A stretch of 62,377 nt of DNA from a virus (IMGVR_UViG_3300032288_001948:1-62377), one strand, 5' to 3'. Positions 1-9,506 are shown, counted from the first letter of the stretch. Made by a program: numbers and translations. The notes: generated by a model from the sequence alone, not told the origin.

Positions 1-123
1 AACACGGCTTCCTCATGTCCATCGCGGCAGTAAATGACCTTCTTCCCCGGTTGACCAATTCGTAGCAGCGCGGCTTCAAGTTCCGCGATGCGGGCGCGTA
101 GCGCTAGCGTTTCATCGGCGCGG
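1..123. repeat. Terminal direct repeat, left copy (circular assembly overlap)
   Basis: 1-123 identical to 62255-62377; a 74-aa ORF reads in frame across the join. Confidence 0.95.
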
Positions 124-188
124 ATTTCATGCACCGCTTGGTGTTCCGCCGTCAAAGGCGGTCCTTTTCCGAAGCCAAAACTACTCAT
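1..188 (-). CDS. Mini-gene array member, 74 aa, wraps the origin (188->1 then 62254->62218)
   Basis: Manual translation MSSFGFGKG...ARIAELEAALL...LLARAAYRGEKG*; ATGA overlaps with both neighbours; absent from the ORF track because it is split. Confidence 0.85.
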   Translation of the reverse strand, partial: MSSFGFGKGPPLTAEHQAVHEIRADETLALRARIAELEAALLRIGQPGKKVIYCRDGHEEAV

Positions 189-478
189 TCCTTCTCTCCC
201 AGATAAGCGGCGCGGGCGGCGCGTAGGTCATCGCTGCCCGGCGAACTGTCAAACTTTACTTGATTGTTGACTGAAATTGCGTCGCGGGCTTTGCGAACAG
301 GCTCCGCAGCAGCGTCATATTCATCCCGCTTTGACTTTGGACAGCCTTTTCTACCCACATACTTAGCGCAGATATATACCTGCAACTCGTCAGCCAATTC
401 TTTAACAAGCGCTTCAAGTTCCGCGATGCGGGCCTCCAGTTTCTCTATTTTCCGCGCTTGAAAATAGCCCATCACCAA
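185..478 (-). CDS. Mini-gene array member, coiled-coil hypothetical protein
   Basis: Contains ARIAELEA and ends RAARAAYLGEKE like its paralogs. Confidence 0.8.
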   Translation of the reverse strand: MVMGYFQARKIEKLEARIAELEALVKELADELQVYICAKYVGRKGCPKSKRDEYDAAAEPVRKARDAISVNNQVKFDSSPGSDDLRAARAAYLGEKE

Positions 479-762
479 TACCTCCTGTGCCGCCGATGAT
501 GCCGTCGATGGCGCGGCTTGCTCTCGTCAGCTTTAGTTGTTTCCGGCTCGCTAACATCATCGGCCGTTTTTGTTATTTGCGGCGCCGGGCATTTCTCGTG
601 AATGATCTCCGGCGCCACATACGGTGGCTTGAGGACATAGGCGGTGACCGCTTTGGTCGCGACCCTATAGGTGCCGCACTCATTCTTGATGGGCGCGTCG
701 ATCTTGAAAAAGATCAGGCCCATTCCGAAAATGAAGCCGAGGGCGAAGATTAGAAACTGCAT
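472..762 (-). CDS. Hypothetical protein with N-terminal membrane anchor
   Basis: MQFLIFALGFIFGMGLIFF hydrophobic segment; His/Arg-rich tail; GGAAAGGA upstream. Confidence 0.7.
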   Translation of the reverse strand: MQFLIFALGFIFGMGLIFFKIDAPIKNECGTYRVATKAVTAYVLKPPYVAPEIIHEKCPAPQITKTADDVSEPETTKADESKPRHRRHHRRHRRYW

Positions 763-763
763 G

Positions 764-1165
764 TCACCATCCTTTCCAGCCGGATAGCGCGACGATGCGG
801 CCCGGTTTCCGTTTGTTGATCTCACGTGCCCGCGCCAATGTCACAGGTTCTTTCACGAGCTTGGGTATCTGTGGCTTCGGCTGACGCGCGCGGGCTTTGT
901 TTGAGGCTATGGTCGCGTCGATCTGGCGTTGGCGTTTGGCTTGACGTTCGGCTTCCGTCTCGGCAGCCTTTTTCTCGGCGGCTTTGGCTTGTCGGGCTTC
1001 CCTGCGTTTGCGCAGAAACTCCTCATGAAACTCAGGGTCTGCCAGCTTCTTCTTGAACGCCTGATAGCGCGCCTTGTTCTGTTCAGGTGAGGACGCATGT
1101 GCGCGGTGCCATTCGCGGTGATACTTGCGGCGCTTCTCTAGCGCCTCCTCACTTTTCGCAGCCAT
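764..1165 (-). CDS. Basic helical hypothetical protein
   Basis: 133-aa ORF, AGGAGA RBS, operon packing. Confidence 0.7.
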   Translation of the reverse strand: MAAKSEEALEKRRKYHREWHRAHASSPEQNKARYQAFKKKLADPEFHEEFLRKRREARQAKAAEKKAAETEAERQAKRQRQIDATIASNKARARQPKPQIPKLVKEPVTLARAREINKRKPGRIVALSGWKGW

Positions 1166-1346
1166 AAACTTTCTCCTTGATGATGCCCAGCCGCACCGCC
1201 ACGGAGCGTGGCTGATTGCCGATCAACTCGCCGATCTCTTTGTTAGATTTACCGGCCAGATGCCAGTCCCATATCTGCTGCTCGTATGGGGTCAGCTTGG
1301 TCGGGTCTATAAATTTATGTGTAATCTTGCGCTGGATCGCCATCAT
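1149..1346 (-). CDS. Small LuxR/GerE-type HTH DNA-binding protein
   Basis: LTPYEQQIWDWHLAGKSNKEIGELIG fits the LuxR HTH pattern (LTxRE...GxSNxEIA); start approximate. Confidence 0.7.
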   Translation of the reverse strand: MMAIQRKITHKFIDPTKLTPYEQQIWDWHLAGKSNKEIGELIGNQPRSVAVRLGIIKEKVYGCEK

Positions 1347-1360
1347 CCTCTCCAATGTGA

Positions 1361-1389
1361 AACCCCCGGAAAATCCGGGGGCTTTATTT
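1361..1389. terminator. Hairpin, possible intrinsic terminator
   Basis: CCCCCGGA-AAA-TCCGGGGG with T/A tracts, just downstream of the 1388-1672 gene. Confidence 0.55.
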
Positions 1390-1672
1390 ACCTCACACGC
1401 CACACACCAATGCCCTGAACCGCATCAGGCTCGTCGGCATTGCACGCTTCCCACCCGTCCTCGGTCAAATACATATGAGTCAGCCGCGTTACGAACTTGC
1501 GGCCAAGCTGCTTCCCGGCAGTCGATGTCTGCGTCGTAAACGTATTCTTCGACTTATTGGGAATGAAAAACATATCGCCGACGCCCATCTCCTCGAACGG
1601 ATACCGGCGACGTGGGGATGGGACAGTCCGCGCAGCTTTGGGAATTGGAATATTTTTAATGACATGGTGCAT
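1388..1672 (-). CDS. Small phage protein, possibly DNA-binding (YPFxxMxVGDxFF family)
   Basis: IPIP...RRYPFEEMGVGDMFFIP...GVWRVR pattern recalled from proteobacterial phages; strong AGGAG RBS. Confidence 0.7.
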   Translation of the reverse strand: MHHVIKNIPIPKAARTVPSPRRRYPFEEMGVGDMFFIPNKSKNTFTTQTSTAGKQLGRKFVTRLTHMYLTEDGWEACNADEPDAVQGIGVWRVR

Positions 1673-1838
1673 ACCTTTAGTCTCCTACCTTATGTAAACG
1701 GGTAGGATAGTTAACATTCAGGTTCACAGATGTAAATGGCCCGTCTCGTGGGCCAGCCGGCTTCGCCCTGCACGGGGAGGTCCGAGGATCGCGCAGTCGT
1801 TGCTGCCGACTGTTATATCCCGACCCGCCGGCTGCGGC

Positions 1839-2498
1839 CTAGCCGCAGTCTACCTCCCGAATCGGCGGCGGACAACCGTGTGCAAGTTTCCACTTGATGC
1901 GGCTCTTGTAGGCTCGTGCCGTTTTGGGGTTGATGTTCATTTTCTCGGCGACCTCGATCCAGTGGAGCCCGTCCGCAAACAGCCAATACGCTCTGATTAA
2001 CCGTGGGCTGAATGTCTTGCGGCGCCAGTAGCATTTACCCTTCGCCAACGGGATGCTCTTTTCCTCGGCGGCGGCGCGTACCGCATACAGCACGGTCGTA
2101 TGATCCTTGTTGATCCAGCGGCCGATCTTGGAAAGCGTCTGGTGATGTTCCTGATTCAGCCGGTAGCAGAACTCACGACGAGCCACAGCCAGTCGCTTGT
2201 GGCGTTTGTGGCTGACCAGATCATCCGGGTGAACCTTGTGCTCAAGGCACAGCTCGAACATGAGCTGCTTGATCCACTTGGGCATGTTCGGGACATTGAT
2301 CTCGCCGAACTCGGCGGGCGTCTCGATGACATCAATCAGCGGCACGTAACAGTCCGCGGCCTTCGGTTTACGTTCTTTCGGGGGCTTTGGGGGCTTCGGC
2401 AGTTTCGCCGGTTTGAGTTTGATTAATCTTGGTTTCGGCGGCGCCGATCTACGCGGTGCACCAGCATACGGAATTAGATACGCCATCCCATCCTCCAA
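1839..2498 (-). CDS. Protein with DnaA C-terminal (domain IV)-like HTH plus a second C-terminal HTH
   Basis: TLSKIGRWINKDHTTVLYAVR resembles DnaA domain IV (IG..F..RDHTTVxHA); WIEVAEKMNINPKTARAY is a sigma-r4/LuxR-like HTH. Confidence 0.75.
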   Translation of the reverse strand: MEDGMAYLIPYAGAPRRSAPPKPRLIKLKPAKLPKPPKPPKERKPKAADCYVPLIDVIETPAEFGEINVPNMPKWIKQLMFELCLEHKVHPDDLVSHKRHKRLAVARREFCYRLNQEHHQTLSKIGRWINKDHTTVLYAVRAAAEEKSIPLAKGKCYWRRKTFSPRLIRAYWLFADGLHWIEVAEKMNINPKTARAYKSRIKWKLAHGCPPPIREVDCG

Positions 2499-2506
2499 GG
2501 GGATAT

Positions 2507-2535
2507 GGGGCTTCTCAGCTTAGCTAAGAAGCCCC
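2507..2535. terminator. Intergenic hairpin
   Basis: GGGGCTTCT...AGAAGCCCC stem between genes. Confidence 0.45.
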
Positions 2536-2541
2536 GCTGTG

Positions 2542-2820
2542 TTACGCTGCCTGAATTTCAGCCAGCAGCTTTTCTACATTCAACAACTCAGGACGTGTTA
2601 CTGGTTGATGCTCCGGCACGATTCGATTGCCGTCCTCCATCACGTCTTGCGTCGCCTCCAGTTTCAGCAGGAGTTTGTAAACCATTTCTTGGATGCCGGC
2701 CTCATGGTCGGTCATCGGACGATCATGCACACCATTGGCGCGACGATCCTCAAAGATCGCATTGGCTGCGATTGCACGACGGCGCTTCTCTAGTGCGGCG
2801 CCAGTAAGTTGGGTTGTCAT
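2542..2820 (-). CDS. Hypothetical protein
   Basis: MTTQLTGAAL start with GGAG RBS. Confidence 0.65.
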   Translation of the reverse strand: MTTQLTGAALEKRRRAIAANAIFEDRRANGVHDRPMTDHEAGIQEMVYKLLLKLEATQDVMEDGNRIVPEHQPVTRPELLNVEKLLAEIQAA

Positions 2821-2966
2821 TTGTGAATCTCCACTTTGTGCCTCAGTCCGATGGTTGTCTTGACGCGCGGTGACTGGGCTTGAATCCGCGAGTAAGGTCG
2901 GGTGTTGAATGCGGCGTGCGCCGCGATACCGATTCCGGTTAGCCATAAGATTACAAACTCCAACAC
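2817..2966 (-). CDS. Small hypothetical membrane peptide
   Basis: AAAAGGAG RBS before GTG; hydrophobic N-terminus; ATGA coupling to the next gene. Confidence 0.5.
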   Translation of the reverse strand: MLEFVILWLTGIGIAAHAAFNTRPYSRIQAQSPRVKTTIGLRHKVEIHK

Positions 2967-2976
2967 GTTACTCCTT

Positions 2977-3147
2977 TTAATCGACGACCTCCCATGTGAC
3001 AGTAACGTATTTGTCCACCTCCGCTTGAACCAGCTCCGCGATGTCGTCGTCGGTCGCGGCTGCCGGGACTTCCAGATCAAACTCATGGAAACACTCCACA
3101 AATCCAGTGTCAATCTTGACTTCTATTAGTTTTGATGTCCTTGGCAT
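2977..3147 (-). CDS. Small acidic hypothetical protein
   Basis: MPRTSKLIEV start with GGAG RBS. Confidence 0.6.
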   Translation of the reverse strand: MPRTSKLIEVKIDTGFVECFHEFDLEVPAAATDDDIAELVQAEVDKYVTVTWEVVD

Positions 3148-3349
3148 CCCATATCTCCTGCTCACGTTTAATAGCTTGAATGTTCTCGTGGTCGGAGAGC
3201 GCGGCATAAGCCGCGTCCTCCAGTGTTTGAAATGGGCCGCTAGTATATACGCGTTTGTCATCGGAATGTCTGAACCACGCATGGTTGTCATTCCAATACA
3301 CGATATAGCCTAACTCTAATGCTTGCCTGATCGGAAAAATGTCACTCAT
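3110..3349 (-). CDS. Hypothetical protein
   Basis: 79-aa ORF in the minus-strand operon. Confidence 0.6.
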   Translation of the reverse strand: MSDIFPIRQALELGYIVYWNDNHAWFRHSDDKRVYTSGPFQTLEDAAYAALSDHENIQAIKREQEIWDAKDIKTNRSQD

Positions 3350-3752
3350 CGTCCCACCCGTCGAGTATATCCTTGAGCGTCTGAGGCACCGGTAAATCTA
3401 ATTCGAGTTGCTTTGCAGGCTGCCTTGCTGGCTGTTTTACTGATGGCGGCGCCGTGACGATATTCTCCAATTCTGTGACGCGTCTTTCGAGCGCGGCAAA
3501 CCGATCGTCGATATTCGCGCGTCTTTCCGTATCTGGTAACGATCTGTGTCGCAGGAGAAACCCATTCGCCTGACGCACGGTTTTGACAGCCTCTGCGGTA
3601 ATTGGAGTTTCCAGATTATAGTGTTTTGTTAGCTCGCTTGCTAAACGCCCGTCAGTCCATGTCGGGATATATTTGTATAGTCCATCCGCTTTCAGCACCA
3701 TCAAGCGTTTGAGTGTTGCGAGAATTTGGTCATTTATTGTTTTGATAGCCAT
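3342..3752 (-). CDS. Hypothetical protein
   Basis: 136-aa ORF, AAAGGA RBS. Confidence 0.7.
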   Translation of the reverse strand: MAIKTINDQILATLKRLMVLKADGLYKYIPTWTDGRLASELTKHYNLETPITAEAVKTVRQANGFLLRHRSLPDTERRANIDDRFAALERRVTELENIVTAPPSVKQPARQPAKQLELDLPVPQTLKDILDGWDDE

Positions 3753-3764
3753 TGATTTGATCCT

Positions 3765-4052
3765 TTAGTTTGTCGGCATAGTAGATGGCAGATAAATACT
3801 CATGATTAAGTCACCTTTAACTGACACGTATATCTCCTCCTCGGTTGGCCAGTCTTTTGGCACAACAGCAAGCAACGCTCTCATTGTGCAGTCGATTGAC
3901 GGGGCAGCAATCGTGCCGTCCCGCCACAGCGGGCGTTTAGTCCCGGTGTCGAATCCTGTTGATTCCAGATACTTGGTCAGCCGCGTTTCCATGCGGCGAC
4001 AACGATCAACCACCTCCGTCATTTTCGATTCAAGTTCAAATGTCTCTCGCAT
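3765..4052 (-). CDS. Hypothetical protein
   Basis: 95 aa, TAATG coupling with upstream gene, GGAGG RBS. Confidence 0.7.
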   Translation of the reverse strand: MRETFELESKMTEVVDRCRRMETRLTKYLESTGFDTGTKRPLWRDGTIAAPSIDCTMRALLAVVPKDWPTEEEIYVSVKGDLIMSIYLPSTMPTN

Positions 4053-4915
4053 TACACACCTCCAAACGCGTTCATGAATCCAGACATATCTTCCATGATA
4101 CGCTTGGCCTCGTCAGCCACCATTGTGCGGGTGGCTTTATTCTTACGCAAATCCTTGGGCGCATAGCCCACGACAGTGCGCGCAATATCCTCGGTGATAG
4201 CAGTCAGCTTCGGATCATCCAGCACATTGAGCGCCGGCAACAACTCGACCAGCTCCTCAAGATTCTGAACAGTCGAGTCGCGGAAGATGTCGTCGGTGGA
4301 CATCTTAGCGGCGAAGTGACCCAGCACCGTGGACAGTCGAGTCCACACATCACCCATTGCACGAGAGATGCGGGATTGCATGGCGCGCTCCATCTCGTCA
4401 CGCACCGCACGTTCCTCGGCCTCGCTTGACAACTGCACCCGGAAGTCATTGGCCTCGGTCACAGCATCAATATCCAAGCTGATATAGAACTTGCGATGCA
4501 GCTCGTTAGCCGATGGATAGTCTGACGGATTGAACAGATCACCCATACGGAAGCTGGCTTGATCACGGGCCTTGGGATAGCCCACGTTCAAGAATGTATC
4601 GACCGCCGCATAGAACTCGCCTTGCAGTTTGCCGTGTTCCTCGACGAAGTTCTGATACATCTTGCGGGTCAGCAGCCGATCACCGTTGTCCTTCCACGGC
4701 AATGTCTTGTCGTAGAAGTGATTGCGGACAGCGCCGGCAGCAGACACGATGGTCTTGAGCGACTCTTTAGGAATCAGGTGTTTATTAACACGCGCCGCAT
4801 CAGTCTCGGCGCCAGCATCGTTGGTGACCTTGGCCGACGCAGACTTGTCGAGGCGATAGCCCATCCACACGCCGATCTGGAGATTAACAACCATGCAGTC
4901 ATTGACGATAGACAT
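4052..4915 (-). CDS. DUF3150-like protein
   Basis: N-terminal NLQIGVWMGYRLD..., HLIPKE, TLPW pattern recalled for this family; next to AAA and VWA genes. Confidence 0.6.
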   Translation of the reverse strand: MSIVNDCMVVNLQIGVWMGYRLDKSASAKVTNDAGAETDAARVNKHLIPKESLKTIVSAAGAVRNHFYDKTLPWKDNGDRLLTRKMYQNFVEEHGKLQGEFYAAVDTFLNVGYPKARDQASFRMGDLFNPSDYPSANELHRKFYISLDIDAVTEANDFRVQLSSEAEERAVRDEMERAMQSRISRAMGDVWTRLSTVLGHFAAKMSTDDIFRDSTVQNLEELVELLPALNVLDDPKLTAITEDIARTVVGYAPKDLRKNKATRTMVADEAKRIMEDMSGFMNAFGGV

Positions 4916-4954
4916 TGTATGTTCCTTTCAGTTTGTTAGATTATCTAACAAAGT

Positions 4955-5212
4955 TTAATACGTTAATTGAGCAGCCATGATAGCCGTGTCTACATCTGGA
5001 TATTCTTTCATTGGCTTGACTTCTTGATTCGCGTCCCCTTTCACGTCCAGCACATACCAATGCCCATACCAAGATACAATAGCGTATCGACAATGGGGCG
5101 GACATAATTTTACAAGGTTAATTAAGTCAGTTGACCCCTCATGGTTAATCCACACGACGCAGCTACCGCCGCACACGAACGCCTTGATGATGAGACGCTC
5201 GGGCGCTGTCAT
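4955..5212 (-). CDS. Hypothetical protein
   Basis: 85 aa, ATGA-coupled. Confidence 0.65.
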   Translation of the reverse strand: MTAPERLIIKAFVCGGSCVVWINHEGSTDLINLVKLCPPHCRYAIVSWYGHWYVLDVKGDANQEVKPMKEYPDVDTAIMAAQLTY

Positions 5213-6333
5213 ATCCGCACCACCTGACCGATCGGCACGTCAACCTTGGTCGTGCAGACAACAATCAGCGGATACTCAGGCTCGACGTTCGGCCACGGTG
5301 TATAGCCGTCGGTCACGAGCACAGCGATCTCCGGTTGATACTGGTCGATGTGTTGTAACGGCACACGCATATCAGTTCCTCCACCGCCTTTCGGATCAGC
5401 CTTGATGATGTCGCCGGCCTCGAACTCCTGTTCACCAGCGACCTCGGTGTCAGCCCAAACGAGGCGGATACGTTCGGGATTGACAGCCTCACTAATAGCC
5501 GCGACCTCACTGGCAATACGCGCCAACTCCTGATTAGTAATAGAGCCTGACGTATCGCCGATCACGACAATCTCACCCATACGCTGGCTGTGACGTGACG
5601 GCAGATAAACATCGGTGAAGCGACGGTTACGACGTGACCACGACTCGTTGTCTTTGGTGACACGGGTCATATACTCACGCAGCAAGTCTTGCCACGGCAC
5701 GGTCGGATTGAGTATCTCGTCAACCAGACGCGCCACACCCGCCGGCATCTTGCCGGCCATACGCGCCATGTTGGCAGCTTGAGCAACCTTCTGCTGTATC
5801 TGTTGCTCGGCCTTGGCACGCGCCTCGGCGTCGATGTTTGCAGGTTCACGCACATCTTCGCCCATGCCGGATGTATCTTGGTGCAGATCACCCGGCCCAG
5901 CTTTACCTTCGCCGTTCTGTTTGCGCTTCTTGTTCTCCTTATCCATCTCCTGCTTGAGCATGTCATACACTTGCTCGGCAGACATACCCTTGAATCGCGG
6001 ATCGAACAGACAGCCTTGGATCACCTCGAACCCTGCCTCATGCAGGATCAGATTGATGGCGTAGTCACACGCAATATTCCACAGTTGAGGATTGCGTGAG
6101 CCACGGCGCAAGCCATGCTTGAACACAATGTGCATGACCTCATGAGCCAGCACGAACATGACTTGCGGCAGCGTTAGACCCTCGATGAACGCAGGGTTAT
6201 AGAAGATCGTCAACATATCCGTCGCCGCTGTTGGCAGCGTGGTGTCGACGACCATCGGTGTGGACATGACGAGTGTTGCGAAGAACACTTGCGTCAATAA
6301 CATTTTAGCCTTGGCTTTCTGCATCTTGTTCAT
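5209..6333 (-). CDS. DUF2201-type protein: zincin metallopeptidase domain plus VWA-like domain
   Basis: TAATD, LAHEVMH (HEXXH), WNIACDYAIN; C-terminal DTSGS (MIDAS), GGGGTD, TDG. Confidence 0.85.
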   Translation of the reverse strand: MNKMQKAKAKMLLTQVFFATLVMSTPMVVDTTLPTAATDMLTIFYNPAFIEGLTLPQVMFVLAHEVMHIVFKHGLRRGSRNPQLWNIACDYAINLILHEAGFEVIQGCLFDPRFKGMSAEQVYDMLKQEMDKENKKRKQNGEGKAGPGDLHQDTSGMGEDVREPANIDAEARAKAEQQIQQKVAQAANMARMAGKMPAGVARLVDEILNPTVPWQDLLREYMTRVTKDNESWSRRNRRFTDVYLPSRHSQRMGEIVVIGDTSGSITNQELARIASEVAAISEAVNPERIRLVWADTEVAGEQEFEAGDIIKADPKGGGGTDMRVPLQHIDQYQPEIAVLVTDGYTPWPNVEPEYPLIVVCTTKVDVPIGQVVRI

Positions 6334-6751
6334 TTGCTGATTCCTTTAGTTTAGATGGCATGTCGCTGACAATCGAGGTGCTGATACCTAACCAACCCTG
6401 CACATCTCGCCCGCCGTTCTCATATTTAATGTCGTTATACTCCTCGCCGACCTCGGCATACTCATACGACAATCCCTCGGTGCCGGGTTGTTCGCAGGCT
6501 ATATCGTCGATGATTCGTTGCCATGCGTCGACTTCCTCATAATCAGGATACCACTTGATGCTCTGAACATTCAGGTCAATGACGCTTGTAGCGTGCAATT
6601 CTCGCACACCCTTAACATCATACCGCTTAATATCTGTTGCAAACCAGCTATTCACAGCAGCATTGTTCTCAAGTTTGAGCCGAGTCCAGAAAGCCTGAAC
6701 AATGTCAGGCTCCCCGTAAATTAAACAGCGCACATCACTTCGGTATCCCAT
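6305..6751 (-). CDS. Hypothetical protein (MGYRSDV start)
   Basis: 148 aa, GAAAGGA RBS. Confidence 0.75.
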   Translation of the reverse strand: MGYRSDVRCLIYGEPDIVQAFWTRLKLENNAAVNSWFATDIKRYDVKGVRELHATSVIDLNVQSIKWYPDYEEVDAWQRIIDDIACEQPGTEGLSYEYAEVGEEYNDIKYENGGRDVQGWLGISTSIVSDMPSKLKESANEQDAESQG

Positions 6752-6787
6752 GTTATTTCCTTTCGTTTTGTTAGACGATCTAACAAA

Positions 6788-7813
6788 TTAGTCAAACACG
6801 ACTTTGAAGCGCTTGGAGAAGTCGATAAACTCCTTGGTGGCGAACAGCTTGTCGTCACGCTTGACAGCCAACTGCCACGCCAGCACTGTGAACTCAGGGT
6901 CGAGACGGCACAGGAACTTGTGGTAGGTGGACACGTTTTTGTTGTCGAGTGAACCAGACACAGCGACAGTGATCGCATACGTCATGCTCGGCTCGTCAGG
7001 CAGCTCGACAGTCTCAGGGTCTTTGAGGATACGCGGCATGTAGTCCTTAACCTTGGCCCACACGTCAACGAAGCCCCAGAACTCAGCGGCAGCGCCATCA
7101 CCAACGGCGCCGGCCATCGCGATTTGTTTGGTGCGATGCGTCATAGTAGTATCTGCGTAATATTTCATCGCCTTGTCCCAAGTGCGGGGCGTGGCGAATG
7201 TCTTGTCGGGCTTGGCCGGATCGAACGTGGACAGCAGCGGCTTGCGGAACTGAATGAACGCAACCCACTCCATCGGCCAACCAGAGATTTGAGCATATTC
7301 ACACGACGCATCGACATCAGTGATCAACTCGATATGTGTGCCACGATTAGCCAACGGCAGAGCCATACGAGACTGAACACCACGGTCGCCGTCACGATTG
7401 GATGCAGCAACGATACGCACATTGGGCTTGAGCACATGTTCGCCGCAACGACGGTCATTGATGATCTGATAGCACGGCGCCTGAACACCCGGATTGTTAC
7501 CGCCGGTGATCTCGTCGAAGAACAGGATGATCAGCTTGTCATCGGGAAAGTTATCATTGCCAACGAACGGCAGCGTTGCTGGCAGGTTCCATACAGTTGC
7601 GCCGGCATCGGCAGTTGGGATGCCACGCAGATCGACAGAATCATACATAGATAGTCGGATGTCGCACAGCACAGCATCAAGCTCGTCAGCAAGCTGCTCG
7701 ACAATAGATGATTTACCGCCACCCGGTTGGCCCCACATGAACACAGGCTCATTGAGGCGGATCGCCACATCACGGATGACTTGCTTGGCTTCGGCTACAT
7801 TGACAGCAAACAT
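6788..7813 (-). CDS. MoxR/dynein-related AAA+ ATPase
   Basis: Walker A GQPGGGKS, DLRGIP, Walker B ILFFDE, sensor AASN, LANR, TPRTW. Confidence 0.9.
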   Translation of the reverse strand: MFAVNVAEAKQVIRDVAIRLNEPVFMWGQPGGGKSSIVEQLADELDAVLCDIRLSMYDSVDLRGIPTADAGATVWNLPATLPFVGNDNFPDDKLIILFFDEITGGNNPGVQAPCYQIINDRRCGEHVLKPNVRIVAASNRDGDRGVQSRMALPLANRGTHIELITDVDASCEYAQISGWPMEWVAFIQFRKPLLSTFDPAKPDKTFATPRTWDKAMKYYADTTMTHRTKQIAMAGAVGDGAAAEFWGFVDVWAKVKDYMPRILKDPETVELPDEPSMTYAITVAVSGSLDNKNVSTYHKFLCRLDPEFTVLAWQLAVKRDDKLFATKEFIDFSKRFKVVFD

Positions 7814-7854
7814 TGGATTATCCCTTCAGTTGTTTGTTAGATTGTCTAACAAAG

Positions 7855-8643
7855 TTATTTGGTTAGCAGGAGATGAGTGAACTCGGTTGTTTTCTTACGC
7901 GACACAACACCACACGTCGCTACACGTTTGCGGGCTTGCCAGTCCAGAGTATTGAAGTCCAGATGCAGCAGATCGCTAACGTGCATGGGCTGACGAGAAT
8001 AATAATGTGGGTTAGACACATAGCTTCGCGTTGCAGGGCTATAGACGTTTGGCACATGCACCGTTGATGGTTGATTTACTTTAGCCTCCTCACTTAACTC
8101 GTTCCATGCCTTGCATGCGGCACGGATTGTGTTGATATGATCCTTCTCGTCTCGGTTAAGTTTGTCCACCTCGGTCACACGGATCGGACATGCGCCGATC
8201 GGCGCCTCATCTGGTGCAGCATAATAGACCTGCGCCGTATTGCGTAAGCGTTTGGGTATGCGCTTATTTCCCTCCTGTTGGTAGACCGGTGACTGGATAC
8301 GCACCACATGGTTGGAGTCGTAGTCGATCCATAACGCTTGCGCGCCTTTGTTATTGAGCCATGATGGTTTGACAATATCACCATCCGGCGTCGTCAGTTT
8401 ATATTGAGTGAGGACACCCGGCCAGCGATGATCGTCGCTGTTGGCGATAGCGATATTCTGCGCCTCATAATGCCGGCGATACTTGGGCTTGTAATAGCCC
8501 TGTGTGACAATGAACTCGCCGGTTTCGAGTTGAATGAACGGCGCATGATAATAGGATCGTGCCGATATAAGTTCGACCTCATTGTAAAACTCTTTGAAGC
8601 GATCCCACTTTTTGGTTGCGTGGTTGAATGGTTCGAGTTTCAT
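7855..8643 (-). CDS. Hypothetical early protein
   Basis: 262 aa, GAAAGGA RBS, flanked by palindromes. Confidence 0.8.
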   Translation of the reverse strand: MKLEPFNHATKKWDRFKEFYNEVELISARSYYHAPFIQLETGEFIVTQGYYKPKYRRHYEAQNIAIANSDDHRWPGVLTQYKLTTPDGDIVKPSWLNNKGAQALWIDYDSNHVVRIQSPVYQQEGNKRIPKRLRNTAQVYYAAPDEAPIGACPIRVTEVDKLNRDEKDHINTIRAACKAWNELSEEAKVNQPSTVHVPNVYSPATRSYVSNPHYYSRQPMHVSDLLHLDFNTLDWQARKRVATCGVVSRKKTTEFTHLLLTK

Positions 8644-8681
8644 TTTACTTTCCTTTCGTTTGTTAGATGATCTAACAAATA

Positions 8682-9494
8682 TTAAAACTGGTTAGACAGC
8701 CGGCGCCACTTGTTTGCACTGGCTTGGACGCTGGACACATCATAGCCAGCGATCGACGGCACCTCGACCTTGATGATGCAATTCTCCACTTTATAAATGG
8801 CGTCGCGCACAGCATCAGCCGCACGGTCATGATAGTCGTCGAATATGGCGTTCCAGCCGTCCGGGCCATCACGAAACAGCTCGATCGTCTGCACCCAGCC
8901 GTTGCTATATTTGGGGTCGCGCAAATACCCTTGTCTCATTTGCGGTTGGCCCATCGCCGCACGCGCCTTGACCCATGCTTTGAAGTCATTGAACCCATAC
9001 GCCTTGAGCACAGCGTTAGCCTTGGCGGTATCGACGCGATACTTGATGAACGGGGCGAACATGGCCGGATCGACGGGCAGCCAGTCACCATTATCCGCCC
9101 GCATCAGCCGCACAGAATCACGCGCCATGCGGAACGTCATAGTAGTATTATCCCGCTCTAGATGCAGCAGGTATCCGACCCTGCTGTTGAACGTGGTGCA
9201 GATGCCTGATGGTGTAAGGCTGCGCGCAAACATATCAGTCGATATGGACTCATACGCATTGAGCACGATCGTGCCGTCAGGATGATAGACCACCACATCC
9301 GTGCCATGCAGACGGAAAGCAATCCCGTCGTTGTTAAGCTGGCGCATCGCCATGTGCTTTTTGTTGCGACCAGCGATCGGGCGCGTGTTGGTATCGCCGC
9401 TGCCACGCCACGGGTCAGTCTTGCCCCAGTAATTGAGCGCATCGCTGTAGCAGCGAATCGGTGGGATCGAGTAGGTGTCGATGTGAAAAGCCAT
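8682..9494 (-). CDS. Hypothetical early protein
   Basis: 270 aa, GAAAGGA RBS. Confidence 0.8.
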   Translation of the reverse strand: MAFHIDTYSIPPIRCYSDALNYWGKTDPWRGSGDTNTRPIAGRNKKHMAMRQLNNDGIAFRLHGTDVVVYHPDGTIVLNAYESISTDMFARSLTPSGICTTFNSRVGYLLHLERDNTTMTFRMARDSVRLMRADNGDWLPVDPAMFAPFIKYRVDTAKANAVLKAYGFNDFKAWVKARAAMGQPQMRQGYLRDPKYSNGWVQTIELFRDGPDGWNAIFDDYHDRAADAVRDAIYKVENCIIKVEVPSIAGYDVSSVQASANKWRRLSNQF

Positions 9495-9506
9495 GTGATA
9501 TTCCTT

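Noticed and set aside
1-123. Terminal repeat as a biological DTR
   Set aside because: It falls in the middle of a gene inside a repeat array; more likely an assembler overlap of a circular contig than a true genome end
1673-1838. tRNA or structured RNA in a GC-rich intergenic gap
   Set aside because: Short hairpins only; no cloverleaf, T-loop consensus or CCA end recognised
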